The notes beneath the pieces are model-generated. The model saw only the letters and a list, made by a program, of their open reading frames with translations, was not told where the DNA came from and did not search any database. From Candidatus Nanohaloarchaea archaeon (GTDB lineage: Archaea > Nanohalarchaeota > Nanosalinia > Nanosalinales > Nanosalinaceae): DNA of 19,003 nt. The stretch lies in the NCBI GenBank assembly GCA_046497485.1, contig JAWOFP010000030.1, forward strand, positions 1 through 19,003, read 5' to 3'. Made by a program: the position numbers and the translations under genes. Position 1 is the first letter of the stretch, and every line of letters begins with the position of its first letter. This document shows, piece by piece, positions 6,908 through 16,459 of this stretch.

Positions 6908-8128
6908 ATGACTCAGAAAATCACACTCAGCTTTGAGGTTCACCAGCCTCACAGACTGAGAACAGAGGGAGTGAAAGAAGACGCAGACACTCTATACGAC
7001 AGATATTTTGACGATGAAATGAATGAGCACTTCTTCAGAGATGTGGCAGAAAACTGTTACTTCCCTGCAACTGAAAGACTGCTTAGAGAGGCAAAAAAGA
7101 GATCTGGCACTGATAGGCCTCTAGTAGTCAATTTTTCAATTTCTACTTCATGGATTCAACAAGCAAAAAAATACCATCCCGAACTCATCGATCTAATCAA
7201 CAGATTCCCAGATGACTCAATTGATTTCATAGGACAGGCCTATCTTCACAGCCTAGCAGGCCTTTTCGATGACAAAGAAGAATTCCGATGGCAGCTAAAT
7301 CATCACAGAGAAGTTATCGAGGAAACTTTCGGAGTCAAGCCTAAAGTAATGACTAACACTGAATTGATCTATCATAACGAGATTGGGAAGATAGCGTCTG
7401 AGGAAGGCTATGAAGGGATTTTCACTGAAGGTGTTGATAGAATTCTTGGATGGAGGTCGCCTAACGATACCTATACTCAGCCGGAGTTTGTAACTGAAGA
7501 TGGCAACTCAATAATGCTGCGTAATAGGAAACTAACGGATGATGTCGGTTATAGGTTTTCAGCTGAATGGTGGGATGAGTATCCATTAACTGCAGAAAAA
7601 TATGCGTCTTGGCTTTCAGAGACTGCCGGACATTCAGTGAACCTTTTCATGGATTATGAGACCTTTGGAGAACACCACTGGGAAGGCACTGGAATCCTTT
7701 GGTTCTTGGAATCTCTACCTGAAGAAATACTGAAATACGATAATTTAGAATTCGCAAAAGTTAGAGAGGTCGCAGAAGAAAACGAGCCTGTTGGAGAATT
7801 TGACGCCTTTGAGTACAACACTGTTTCCTGGGCAGATCAGGAGATGGACGCGAGCGCCTGGCTCGGAAACCCTATGCAGAAAACATTATTTGAAAAACTC
7901 CAGAACCTTGAAGACAAAGTCAAGGCCTTAGACGATGAAGAATACTTGGAAGTCTGGCGGAAATTCTTGACTTCAGATCATCTACATCATATCGCAACGA
8001 AGACTATGGATGATGGCTCGGTTCACAACTATTTCTCATACTTCGATCATCCGCATGAAGGATTCGCAGTCATAACAGATCACTTGATGGATTTCCAAGA
8101 GCAGGTCGAGAAAGAGCTCAGGAGCTGA
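6908..8128 (+). CDS. Glycoside hydrolase family 57 (alpha-amylase type)
   Basis: FEVHQP, HSLA, NTELIY (nucleophile Glu), LTDDVGYRFS, FMDYETFGEH (acid/base Asp), SWAD, TSDH. Confidence 0.92.
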   Translation: MTQKITLSFEVHQPHRLRTEGVKEDADTLYDRYFDDEMNEHFFRDVAENCYFPATERLLREAKKRSGTDRPLVVNFSISTSWIQQAKKYHPELIDLINRFPDDSIDFIGQAYLHSLAGLFDDKEEFRWQLNHHREVIEETFGVKPKVMTNTELIYHNEIGKIASEEGYEGIFTEGVDRILGWRSPNDTYTQPEFVTEDGNSIMLRNRKLTDDVGYRFSAEWWDEYPLTAEKYASWLSETAGHSVNLFMDYETFGEHHWEGTGILWFLESLPEEILKYDNLEFAKVREVAEENEPVGEFDAFEYNTVSWADQEMDASAWLGNPMQKTLFEKLQNLEDKVKALDDEEYLEVWRKFLTSDHLHHIATKTMDDGSVHNYFSYFDHPHEGFAVITDHLMDFQEQVEKELRS

Positions 8129-8134
8129 TTAAAA

Positions 8135-8842
8135 GTGGAAAAACATTTTATTGAAATAAAAGATAGAGAAAAAGTCGCAGCTGTGCATCACGAGGCCTCT
8201 TCTGATAAATGGTTATTTCTCTGTCACGGTTTCGGCGGGAATAAAGATAGAGGTAATAAGGGAAGGGCTGAGGCCTTCAATGAAATCGGTTGGAATACTG
8301 TAAGGCTTGATTTCCGAGGTAATGGAGAGTCAGACGGAGAATTTATCGATCAAAACTTAAGTACAAGAATTGAAGACCTTAAAGCCGTCATAGATCATTT
8401 TAATCCAGGAAAATGCATTTTATTTGGTACAAGCTTTGGAGGCAAAGTCGTATTCCATACAGCCGCTGAGAAAAAAGTAGATGGAGTAATTGGAAAGGCC
8501 CCGGTAACTTACAACAGAATCATGGATAAATTCAAGTCTGTTATTGAGGAAAAAGGGCGATTTGAGTATATAGATGGAAAACCTATCGATGAAAGATTTA
8601 TAGAAGATTTAGAGACTTATAGTTTTTCAACTGTAGAAAATCAGCTAGACATCCCGGTTTTCATAACTCATGGCGCCGCTGACCAGACGGTACACATTGA
8701 AAACTCTGTAGAGGCCTTGAAGAATCTTGATGTCGATGTAGAGTTTCAGAAGCTGGAAGGAGTAAAACATTCCTACAGTGAGGAAGGAAAGAAAAAGATG
8801 AATTCTGCTGTGAAGGCCTGGCTCAAAAACCTCATGAATTAG
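8135..8842 (+). CDS. Alpha/beta hydrolase (esterase/peptidase-like)
   Basis: CHGFGG, DFRGNGESDG, nucleophile GTSFGG, HGAADQTV and distal His; GTG start. Confidence 0.88.
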   Translation: MEKHFIEIKDREKVAAVHHEASSDKWLFLCHGFGGNKDRGNKGRAEAFNEIGWNTVRLDFRGNGESDGEFIDQNLSTRIEDLKAVIDHFNPGKCILFGTSFGGKVVFHTAAEKKVDGVIGKAPVTYNRIMDKFKSVIEEKGRFEYIDGKPIDERFIEDLETYSFSTVENQLDIPVFITHGAADQTVHIENSVEALKNLDVDVEFQKLEGVKHSYSEEGKKKMNSAVKAWLKNLMN

Positions 8843-8851
8843 AGGTAAGAT

Positions 8852-9331
8852 TTATTCATTGATGTCGAATGCTAGATAGGCTGCCGAGAGACCTGTAATC
8901 ACTGATGGAAAACTCAAAAATGCGGCCTGATTTTCTAGTACTACAAATGACTGGAAAACTCTGGCCGGGTCGCCGATACCTCCAGGACTAAGTGATTCCC
9001 CAATTAAGATCAGCATTGTTCCTATTGCAGTTATGTTTAAGGCGAAAAATCCTAAAAATGATGCAAATGTTGAGAAAGCGATAGTCTGGCCTTTATCAGG
9101 TTCATAATATCCTATATACAGGCCTGTTAGTCCGGAAATTATTGGAGATATGAAAAATGATGATATAGCCACCATTACAATCATTGCTGTGGCTTCAAGT
9201 TCTACTGTGGAGCCAAAACTTCCTATTGCATCAATGTAACTCAGGCCTAGAAATGTTGAAACCCCTATTGCCGTACCTGTTGCAAGAAATACTGCTAGAG
9301 ATTTGGTTAGATCTTCGTAGATCGGGTGCAT
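8852..9331 (-). CDS. Hypothetical membrane protein (about 4 TM helices)
   Basis: Four hydrophobic stretches. ATG at 9331 preferred over the upstream GTG at 9358. Confidence 0.75.
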   Translation of the reverse strand: MHPIYEDLTKSLAVFLATGTAIGVSTFLGLSYIDAIGSFGSTVELEATAMIVMVAISSFFISPIISGLTGLYIGYYEPDKGQTIAFSTFASFLGFFALNITAIGTMLILIGESLSPGGIGDPARVFQSFVVLENQAAFLSFPSVITGLSAAYLAFDINE

Positions 9332-9366
9332 TCTTACATTAAAATTAGAAATCTTCACTTTTATCT

Positions 9367-10509
9367 TTAATTTAAGGCCTCAGTGTAGACTCCTGTTGTC
9401 CAGGCCGTGATTTGCTCCCATCTAAAGTTGTCTTCTACGCGGTCCCTGGCATTATCTCCCAGCCAGTCACTCCATCCCGGATCATTTAGAGCTCTTGAAA
9501 CTTGGTGAGTAATCGAACCAGAGTCTTCTGGATAAGTATGGAGGCCTGTGTATTCGTGAACTATTGTATCTTTCATTCCCCCAGTGTAGCTTCCGACTGT
9601 CGCGGTTTCACATGCCGCTGCTTCCAGTGGAACGATGCCGAAAGGCTCATAGACTGATGGCGCAACCGTTATCTCGGCCTCCTTCATTAGACTGACCAGT
9701 TCATTGTCTGAGACATAGCCCGGGAAGTGAACTTTGTCACCTACCTGATTCTTAGCCAACCCTCTATAATGTTCGGTCGCACCAGAACCACACATTACAA
9801 ACTTCGCGTCAGGCCTCTGATCTAGTATATGAGGCATAGCCTCAATCAAATGACCGGGACCTTTCTGAGGATACATTCGACCCACAAAAAGCACGATATT
9901 TTCCCAGTCTAAAGCATAATTATCTCTTTGAAGATTTTTGGAGTGAGAATCAAATTTTTCAAGATCTACACCGTTTGGAATATAGTTTATTTTTTCGTCA
10001 GGCACATTATACGCATGCTTGACCTCTTCGCAGAAATCTCTTCCAACAGTTATGACTTCTGAGGCCTCATAAGTACCATACCACTCCAAGTTATGTATTG
10101 CCTGTTGGTAATCAGAGTTTATTCCGTCACGGCCTTTCTGAGTTGAATGTACAGTAAATACCATTGGTAAATCTAAGGTCTTTTTCAGGCCTGTTGCTGC
10201 AGGCACGGCCATCCAGTCATGTCCATGAATTAAGTCAAAGTTTTTCTCTCTAGCGAGATGTATTCCTTTTTTCTCCATTCTATCTGCTAAACTCATTGCC
10301 CAAGAAATTGTGTTGTCTGCTGCGTCGTTTGCTGGAACTCTGTGAATTTCTACGCCGTCTCTGTATTCTTTTTCCTCTTTCTCTCCATAAGTGATTACTA
10401 CAGGTTCATGGCCTTGATCTGCCATCGTTGTGGCTAGATCTTCACAGTGCGCCGCTATCCCTCCCGCTTTGTAAGGAGGATACTCCCAAGTTATGAATAG
10501 CGGTCTCAA
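9367..10509 (-). CDS. Glycosyltransferase family 4 (alpha-glucan synthesis-associated)
   Basis: TWEYPPYKAGGI, IHGHDW, TVHST, IPNGVD, FVGRMYPQKG, PSVYEPFGIVPLEA. Confidence 0.93.
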   Translation of the reverse strand: MRPLFITWEYPPYKAGGIAAHCEDLATTMADQGHEPVVITYGEKEEKEYRDGVEIHRVPANDAADNTISWAMSLADRMEKKGIHLAREKNFDLIHGHDWMAVPAATGLKKTLDLPMVFTVHSTQKGRDGINSDYQQAIHNLEWYGTYEASEVITVGRDFCEEVKHAYNVPDEKINYIPNGVDLEKFDSHSKNLQRDNYALDWENIVLFVGRMYPQKGPGHLIEAMPHILDQRPDAKFVMCGSGATEHYRGLAKNQVGDKVHFPGYVSDNELVSLMKEAEITVAPSVYEPFGIVPLEAAACETATVGSYTGGMKDTIVHEYTGLHTYPEDSGSITHQVSRALNDPGWSDWLGDNARDRVEDNFRWEQITAWTTGVYTEALN

Positions 10510-11111
10510 TTTGCTTTAACCTCTTTAGTCTGTAATAAATCTCTGTAGATTTTTAAAATCGATTCACTCCAGTCATTAGATAAAGGATCTTTAAGATAAG
10601 TTTTTTCCTCTGGAACTTCTAAATCAAATTTAACTGAATTTAAAGTATCTTCTGAGTTTACAATTATTTTATCTGCAGATTTACACCCTTTCCATTCCAT
10701 TTCAGATATCATAGGCGAGTTAGGATCTGAAAAACCCCTCTCATTTTCAGTTGAATGAACCGTAAGCACCATAGGCCTGTCTAGGTATTCTTTCATTGCT
10801 GTAGCCCCTGGGACTGTCGTCCAATCATTTGCATGTATAATATCAAACTCCTGATCTTTAAGGAGTTCTCTTGCCTTTTCTTTCATCTCATTATTCAGCA
10901 TCATCGACCAACTGTACAGCGAATCACCCTCATAGTGAAGATTAGTTCTGATAACCTCTACTCTTTCATCAACACTGTAATGAGAACCATCATCAAACGC
11001 AATCACCGCAGCCTCATGACCTTTTTCTACCAAGGCCTCTGCTAGAGACTTCACATATTCTGAGATATCATCGCCGTCTTCAAATTTTCTGGTCAGAAAA
11101 ACTACTTTCAT
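10506..11111 (-). CDS. GT4 N-terminal-domain-only protein
   Basis: DIIHANDW, LTVHSTE and EWKG match the neighbouring GT4 N-domain; no VGR or EPFG motifs. Start and stop overlap the adjacent genes. Confidence 0.8.
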   Translation of the reverse strand: MKVVFLTRKFEDGDDISEYVKSLAEALVEKGHEAAVIAFDDGSHYSVDERVEVIRTNLHYEGDSLYSWSMMLNNEMKEKARELLKDQEFDIIHANDWTTVPGATAMKEYLDRPMVLTVHSTENERGFSDPNSPMISEMEWKGCKSADKIIVNSEDTLNSVKFDLEVPEEKTYLKDPLSNDWSESILKIYRDLLQTKEVKAN

Positions 11112-12247
11112 TATTTGAACCTCTGCTCAAACCCGAGCTCTTTGCTTTTCTCAACATCCGGCTGATTGAAAGGATTTACATCTCTTATCCATCCAGAATA
11201 AACCGACAAGAACTGTAGTAGGGCCATAAACTCTCCGATTGAACCATAACTTACTTCCTCAATTTTAAGCTCTATGAAAGGCCTGTTTTCATCTCTTAAT
11301 GCTTTTTTGACTCCTGAGGCCTCGGCATTCAATGAATTTTCAAGTTTCTGACCATCTAAATCGCCGAGCTTTCTTCCTCTAAGATCCAGTTCTCTAAGTT
11401 CTTCATCTACTTCAAGCGTCTGATGTTCGTGGCTCGACTCTATAAATATTGGAATTACATTTTCTCGGCCGCCAAACATTCTTTGATTCGTGTGATGCTG
11501 ATACTCTGGGCCTAGGTCACCGTAAAATGTCTGTCCTTCTCCTCTTTTGCAGACTGATTCATGCATTAACTGCACGAGTAATGGATAGAAACCGAAAAGC
11601 CTTGTGGAGTAGAAAGGAGTTAAGACTTCATTAAAACCTCTTCCTTCGGCTTGATAGAGTGCTTCTGCAAGAACTTGGGCATCACTACCGCTTTCCCAAA
11701 ATCTTTCATGCGCTTTCCTACCTTGATTAAAAATCTCTTCAACATCTAGGCCTAGAAGTGATGCAGGAGCCAAAGCAGTTTCGGAAAGACCTGTAAATCT
11801 CCCGCCGATATCCGGATGTTCAATTATTTCTATATCTTTCTTCTCTGAAATTTCATGGAGCAATCCGCCCCTAGAAGTCAGAGGCCTGATATCATATCCT
11901 CTATTGAGAAAGAAAAGCGTAGACTCAATAACGCCCGTAGTATTTCCTGACTTGCTAATTGGCATAACTAAAGTATCTTCCTTATCCAAGCTTCTCTCCA
12001 CATGTTTCAGATAGCCTGGTTCCATCGTTGTTATTATCTCTACATTTTTGGAATGTTCGTCTCTAAAAGCATAATTTAAAGCCCTGAAGCTTGTTACAGA
12101 GCCTCCATTGCCTATAACTACCAAGTTTTCGAAATCCTCCTCTAAATCCTGAAGCATTGAGATAGAGGTTTCATGCATCGCAAAGTATGGTTTAGGCCTG
12201 TTAAACTCTGCATTTCCAGTTTCAAGTCCGTTAATATTTATTTTCAT
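11111..12247 (-). CDS. pgi: Glucose-6-phosphate isomerase (PGI/SIS family, compact)
   Basis: IGNGGS, ISKSGNT, IGGRFTGLS, QLMHESVCK, NPFNQPDVEKSK. Confidence 0.85.
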   Translation of the reverse strand: MKININGLETGNAEFNRPKPYFAMHETSISMLQDLEEDFENLVVIGNGGSVTSFRALNYAFRDEHSKNVEIITTMEPGYLKHVERSLDKEDTLVMPISKSGNTTGVIESTLFFLNRGYDIRPLTSRGGLLHEISEKKDIEIIEHPDIGGRFTGLSETALAPASLLGLDVEEIFNQGRKAHERFWESGSDAQVLAEALYQAEGRGFNEVLTPFYSTRLFGFYPLLVQLMHESVCKRGEGQTFYGDLGPEYQHHTNQRMFGGRENVIPIFIESSHEHQTLEVDEELRELDLRGRKLGDLDGQKLENSLNAEASGVKKALRDENRPFIELKIEEVSYGSIGEFMALLQFLSVYSGWIRDVNPFNQPDVEKSKELGFEQRFK

Positions 12248-13980
12248 CTTTTCTTCTCCGCCATTTTATGTGCATCTCTGTAGTTCTCCCCAAGATTTTC
12301 CCAGGATGTCAGCTGAGCAAGCTTTCTAGCGTTATGTTTCCTCTCAGTGATCTCAGTTTTATTATATTCCGCAAAATCCTCAATAGTCAAGGCAAGTTGT
12401 TCAATCACCTGCTCCCGATCCTTATCCTGGCGTTCAAGCACTTTTATTCCTTTTCTATCATTGGAATCGACATTATCCTGCAAATATCTTCCAAATCCTG
12501 CAAGATCAGTGGTTAAAGCGAGTGCGCCATTTGCTGCAGTCTCTACAGGAGTATAACCCCATGGCTCATAGTAGCTAGGGAAGAATCCGGCGCTTGAAGC
12601 AACCACAGCTTCTTCATAATCCATTGAAAGCAATTTATCCCCAAACTCAAGATAAGTAGGATAAAATACAATTTTTACACGATCACTTTCCTTATTTTCT
12701 AATCCATTTTCCTTCAAGGCCTCTAGAATGTCATCTCCTTCATAATTCAAATCAAACGCGTTCATAGGAGGCCTACCACCTTTCTTGCTGTGGAAATTAG
12801 ACTTAAGCGATTCGAGTTCTCTTGAATCAAGTATTTCAGAAACTGCATCGACCGGATCCTGATTTGATGTCACTGCATCAAGCATGCTTTCTCTAATATC
12901 TACAATTTTCTCATCTACAAATCCCTCTAGCTCCCTGTAAAGAGATTTATTCTCCAAGACCTCCATATTGGGGCCTTTTACACCTGAAGGCACGAAAAAG
13001 AAGAAGAATATCTCGTCGCCAGGCCTGTCATTTACTTCAGCTAAGGCATCTATCAACACATCAAATCCTTTATTGTGGTATTCGTACCGGCCTGAGGTGA
13101 AAAATATTCTTGGATCATTGTCTAGATCCACGCTGTAATAGGGCTCAAAGTATGCTCTTAAGAAGTCTATGACTTCTTCTTTCTGTTCAGTATGGTTTAC
13201 TGATAGTTCTTCGAGGCTCGGATAGTCTTCTATATTGAATCCATTTGGAAGAATTTTATCCGGCTTAACTCCTATTACTTGTTCGGCTTCACGGCCTGTT
13301 ATCTCGCTTACCGTTGTGAAAACATCCGACTGTTCTGCAGCTGCTTTCTCAAAAGTATGCTTCTCTTTTACACCTAAATCATCTTCAAGGCCTTGGTCCA
13401 CACTCTTTTTATCCACCATGTTCATTAAGTCGTACTCAGAATTGGATAGTGCTCTTCCAAGAACCGTTGCGTGAGTGGTGAATACTGTCGGGCTCTCAAC
13501 ATGGAATATTGGTCCTGCCGAAAGCCACTCATGCAGATGGGCTACAAATTCATTTTCTTTTTCTAGTTCCTGTATAAGCCTTGCTACAGAATAACCCCAT
13601 TTCAGCGGTTCGTTAAAGTCAGGGCCTGCGTCAATCGAATCAACACCGTATTTCTCCCAGTACTCTTGTTTGAGATCATCCAAGTTTTTTTCGAGGCCTG
13701 AAGGATCTACTAGTATCGTTTTAGGTTTTGAATCTATATCCCAGACCCCATAATAGCACTCTATCCCCTCCTGTCTTAGAGTTTCAAATACCTCGTTGTA
13801 TGGATTTTCTCGTGGAGCAAAGTCTTCTCTAGCTGAGTCTTCATCGTAATATCCTACAGTTAGATAGCCGTCTCCGTGGTATTCCTGCATTTTGCAGCTT
13901 TTGGATTTCAATACCTGGTAGATCCCGCCTACTTTGTTGGCGACTTCAAAGGAAACTTCTACCAGCTCCAAGTTATCCAT
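12244..13980 (-). CDS. Glycogen synthase, GT3 family
   Basis: EVSFEVANKVGGIY, HLHEW, FTTHATVLGR, FTTVSEIT, SGRYEYHNKGFD, FPSYYEPWGYTP. Likely start MDNLEL at 13980, with a TATA-like element at 14005-14011. Confidence 0.93.
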   Translation of the reverse strand: MDNLELVEVSFEVANKVGGIYQVLKSKSCKMQEYHGDGYLTVGYYDEDSAREDFAPRENPYNEVFETLRQEGIECYYGVWDIDSKPKTILVDPSGLEKNLDDLKQEYWEKYGVDSIDAGPDFNEPLKWGYSVARLIQELEKENEFVAHLHEWLSAGPIFHVESPTVFTTHATVLGRALSNSEYDLMNMVDKKSVDQGLEDDLGVKEKHTFEKAAAEQSDVFTTVSEITGREAEQVIGVKPDKILPNGFNIEDYPSLEELSVNHTEQKEEVIDFLRAYFEPYYSVDLDNDPRIFFTSGRYEYHNKGFDVLIDALAEVNDRPGDEIFFFFFVPSGVKGPNMEVLENKSLYRELEGFVDEKIVDIRESMLDAVTSNQDPVDAVSEILDSRELESLKSNFHSKKGGRPPMNAFDLNYEGDDILEALKENGLENKESDRVKIVFYPTYLEFGDKLLSMDYEEAVVASSAGFFPSYYEPWGYTPVETAANGALALTTDLAGFGRYLQDNVDSNDRKGIKVLERQDKDREQVIEQLALTIEDFAEYNKTEITERKHNARKLAQLTSWENLGENYRDAHKMAEKKR

Positions 13981-14075
13981 AACTGAAACTTGGTTCTGTA
14001 TCAGTATAAAAACTCTTGATACCACTCGAAGGTTAAAATACATGTTTTATACCGAGAACAGACCCATTCACTTCT
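13981..14075. promoter_or_regulatory. Divergent promoter region (glycogen synthase operon / debranching enzyme operon)
   Basis: TTTTATA on the minus strand at 14011-14005 and on the plus strand at 14045-14051, each about 25-31 nt upstream of its ATG. Confidence 0.6.
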
Positions 14076-15833
14076 ATGTATCATTTCCAAAACCCCGGTG
14101 AGAAAATAGGGACTATTTCAAATCTTGACGCTTTTCTACATAGATCTCTAGACACAGGGTTTAAGACTAAGTGGAGCGGATTATGGACCCCTAGCTACAA
14201 GCTTCTAGACTACTATGCCTACAAAGTAAACGGGCTCTGGCTAGACCAAGAATCTCTAGAAGCAGTAGAATACGGAGAAAAAATATGCTTCTACTTTGAA
14301 ACCGACTCCCTCTCAATTAAAGAGACAGTTTCTATGCCTGAAAATATCTCAGGAATGGAAAGTAAACTTGAGATAAAAAACAAGCACGATTCAGTTAAAG
14401 CAGTTAAGATAGGCCTTGAAGCAGGAGTCGATATAAGAGAGAAAAGCAACGATATTTCAGAAAGCAAATACAGTATTAAGAGAACAAAAAATAAAATAGA
14501 AGTTTCACAGGACAGAGAACTCTTTATTTCATCTAATCAAGAATTGTTAAACTCTGATGAGCCATACATGAAGACTCATTATCCTGATGAGAAACAGGAA
14601 TGCCTTGTTCCTGGAGATATCAGCGCCAGGATAGAGATAGAGCCTCATTCGACTGAGGAAGTTATTTTCAATTTCGAGGCTGGCGAGGCCTCAAAACATG
14701 AAATTTCAAATAAGGAACAATTACTGGAAGGAAAACAGGATAGAACCTTTAATTCCTCTGTTAAAAGCTTAGAAAACTTGATATACGACAGTAAAGGTCT
14801 TGGAGTGATCGCAGGCCATCCCTGGTTCCAGAGCTACTGGGCAAGGGATACTTTCTGGACTTTACTTGGTTTAATCGATGCTGGATACTTTGAGGAGGCT
14901 GAAAAAATACTTGAAAACTTTGCTGAAAGAGGCCTTCCTGGAAAAATTAATTTAGCCTGTGAAGACGAGCCTGAAGGCAGAATCGATACTTATCCGCTTT
15001 ATATAATTGCTGCAGATAAGTTAAGACGCCACAACAAAATAAGCAGTAAAATTGAAGATGGAATGGAACAGGCCTTTGAAGAGCTGGAGTTAGATGAAAA
15101 TATTGTAGTGCATGACTCTGAAGGAACTTGGATGGACACTCTTGAACGAGATCAAGCCATTGATGTACAGTCTCTATGGCTTGAAGCAGCGGAAATAATG
15201 GATAAGCCTGAAGCAGATAAACTTGAGAAAGGCCTAGAAAAGTTTGAGGAAGACGAATACATCAAAGACACATTGACCGAGAATTCTCCTCACACTATTA
15301 ACCCGGCTGTAGGCCTGATGTTCGGCCAGTTCGATGAAAAATATCTGTCTAAAATAAATGCAGAGTTTTCCTCACGATTCGGTGCGAGAACCAGGTCAAT
15401 AACAGACCCCGGATATGATTCTTCCGGTTATCATACCGGGAGTAGTTGGGGCTTAACAACTTGCTGGGCTGCAATTGCCAACTTCCGACACGGCAAATCT
15501 ATTGAAGGCCTGAACTTCTTAGATAATCTATCAGCGTTTTTGGATGAAGATCAGCCTGGCGCATTACCTGAAGTAGTAGACTCGGAAAATGGAGAAAATC
15601 TTGGATGTATGGAGCAGGCCTGGAGCGCAGGGCTGTTCGTCCATGCCATAGACACCTATCTCTTAGGTATTAAAGTGACAGAAGATGAGCTTGTGATCGA
15701 TCCAGCAGGAGATTTCACCGGGAAACGAAGTAATAAACGAGTCGGCGACAAATACATAGATATCAAGTTTGAACACGGAGAACCTGAAGTACTCGATAAA
15801 TCTGAACTTGATAGAAAAGTGATAACTAAATGA
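14076..15833 (+). CDS. Amylo-alpha-1,6-glucosidase / glycogen debranching enzyme-like (alpha/alpha)6 protein
   Basis: IAGHPWFQSYWARDTFW, TWMDT, YHTGSSWG, LPEVVD, QAWSAG. Confidence 0.88.
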   Translation: MYHFQNPGEKIGTISNLDAFLHRSLDTGFKTKWSGLWTPSYKLLDYYAYKVNGLWLDQESLEAVEYGEKICFYFETDSLSIKETVSMPENISGMESKLEIKNKHDSVKAVKIGLEAGVDIREKSNDISESKYSIKRTKNKIEVSQDRELFISSNQELLNSDEPYMKTHYPDEKQECLVPGDISARIEIEPHSTEEVIFNFEAGEASKHEISNKEQLLEGKQDRTFNSSVKSLENLIYDSKGLGVIAGHPWFQSYWARDTFWTLLGLIDAGYFEEAEKILENFAERGLPGKINLACEDEPEGRIDTYPLYIIAADKLRRHNKISSKIEDGMEQAFEELELDENIVVHDSEGTWMDTLERDQAIDVQSLWLEAAEIMDKPEADKLEKGLEKFEEDEYIKDTLTENSPHTINPAVGLMFGQFDEKYLSKINAEFSSRFGARTRSITDPGYDSSGYHTGSSWGLTTCWAAIANFRHGKSIEGLNFLDNLSAFLDEDQPGALPEVVDSENGENLGCMEQAWSAGLFVHAIDTYLLGIKVTEDELVIDPAGDFTGKRSNKRVGDKYIDIKFEHGEPEVLDKSELDRKVITK

Positions 15834-16459
15834 TAATCGTAAACTTCAAGGCCTACAAGGAAGCAACAGGAAAAGATGCAGAAAAACTTTCAAAGCAATG
15901 TAGAAAAGCTTCCAAAGAATCAGGTGAAAAAGTAGTTTCTGTGCCTCAACATACAGATGTCGGCAGAATGAAAGGAAAGTTTTATGGACAGCACCTAGAT
16001 CCAGTAGAGCCCGGTAGTCATACAGGACATACTACTGCTGAGGCGTTGAAAGCATCAGGAGCTTCCGGTACACTGATAAATCACTCAGAGCGAAGAATAG
16101 ATCCTGAAAAGATAGAGAGAAGCATCGAGAGAGCAAAAGAGAAAGGCCTAACTACAGTTGTTTGTGCTCAGTCTCCTGAAGAATGTGAAAAATTCTCCAA
16201 GTTTGAACCGGACTTTGTGGCTTTTGAGCCGCCAGAGCTTATTGGAGGCAATATCTCGGTTTCAAGTGCTAAACCTGATTTAATCAAAAAAGCAGTTGAG
16301 AAGTCAGAAGTCGATGTCCTAACCGGCGCAGGCATAAAAAGCCGTGAAGATGTGGAAAAAAGCATAGAATTAGGTTGCAAAGGAGTTTTAGTGGCATCCG
16401 CAGTAGTAAAAGCTGAAAACACTTATGAAGAAATCATGGAGCTCTGTAAAGGCCTATGA
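15830..16459 (+). CDS. tpiA: Triosephosphate isomerase (archaeal type)
   Basis: IVNFKAY, GSHTG, LINHSERR, AFEPPELIG, GAGI, GVLVAS. Confidence 0.96.
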   Translation: MIIVNFKAYKEATGKDAEKLSKQCRKASKESGEKVVSVPQHTDVGRMKGKFYGQHLDPVEPGSHTGHTTAEALKASGASGTLINHSERRIDPEKIERSIERAKEKGLTTVVCAQSPEECEKFSKFEPDFVAFEPPELIGGNISVSSAKPDLIKKAVEKSEVDVLTGAGIKSREDVEKSIELGCKGVLVASAVVKAENTYEEIMELCKGL

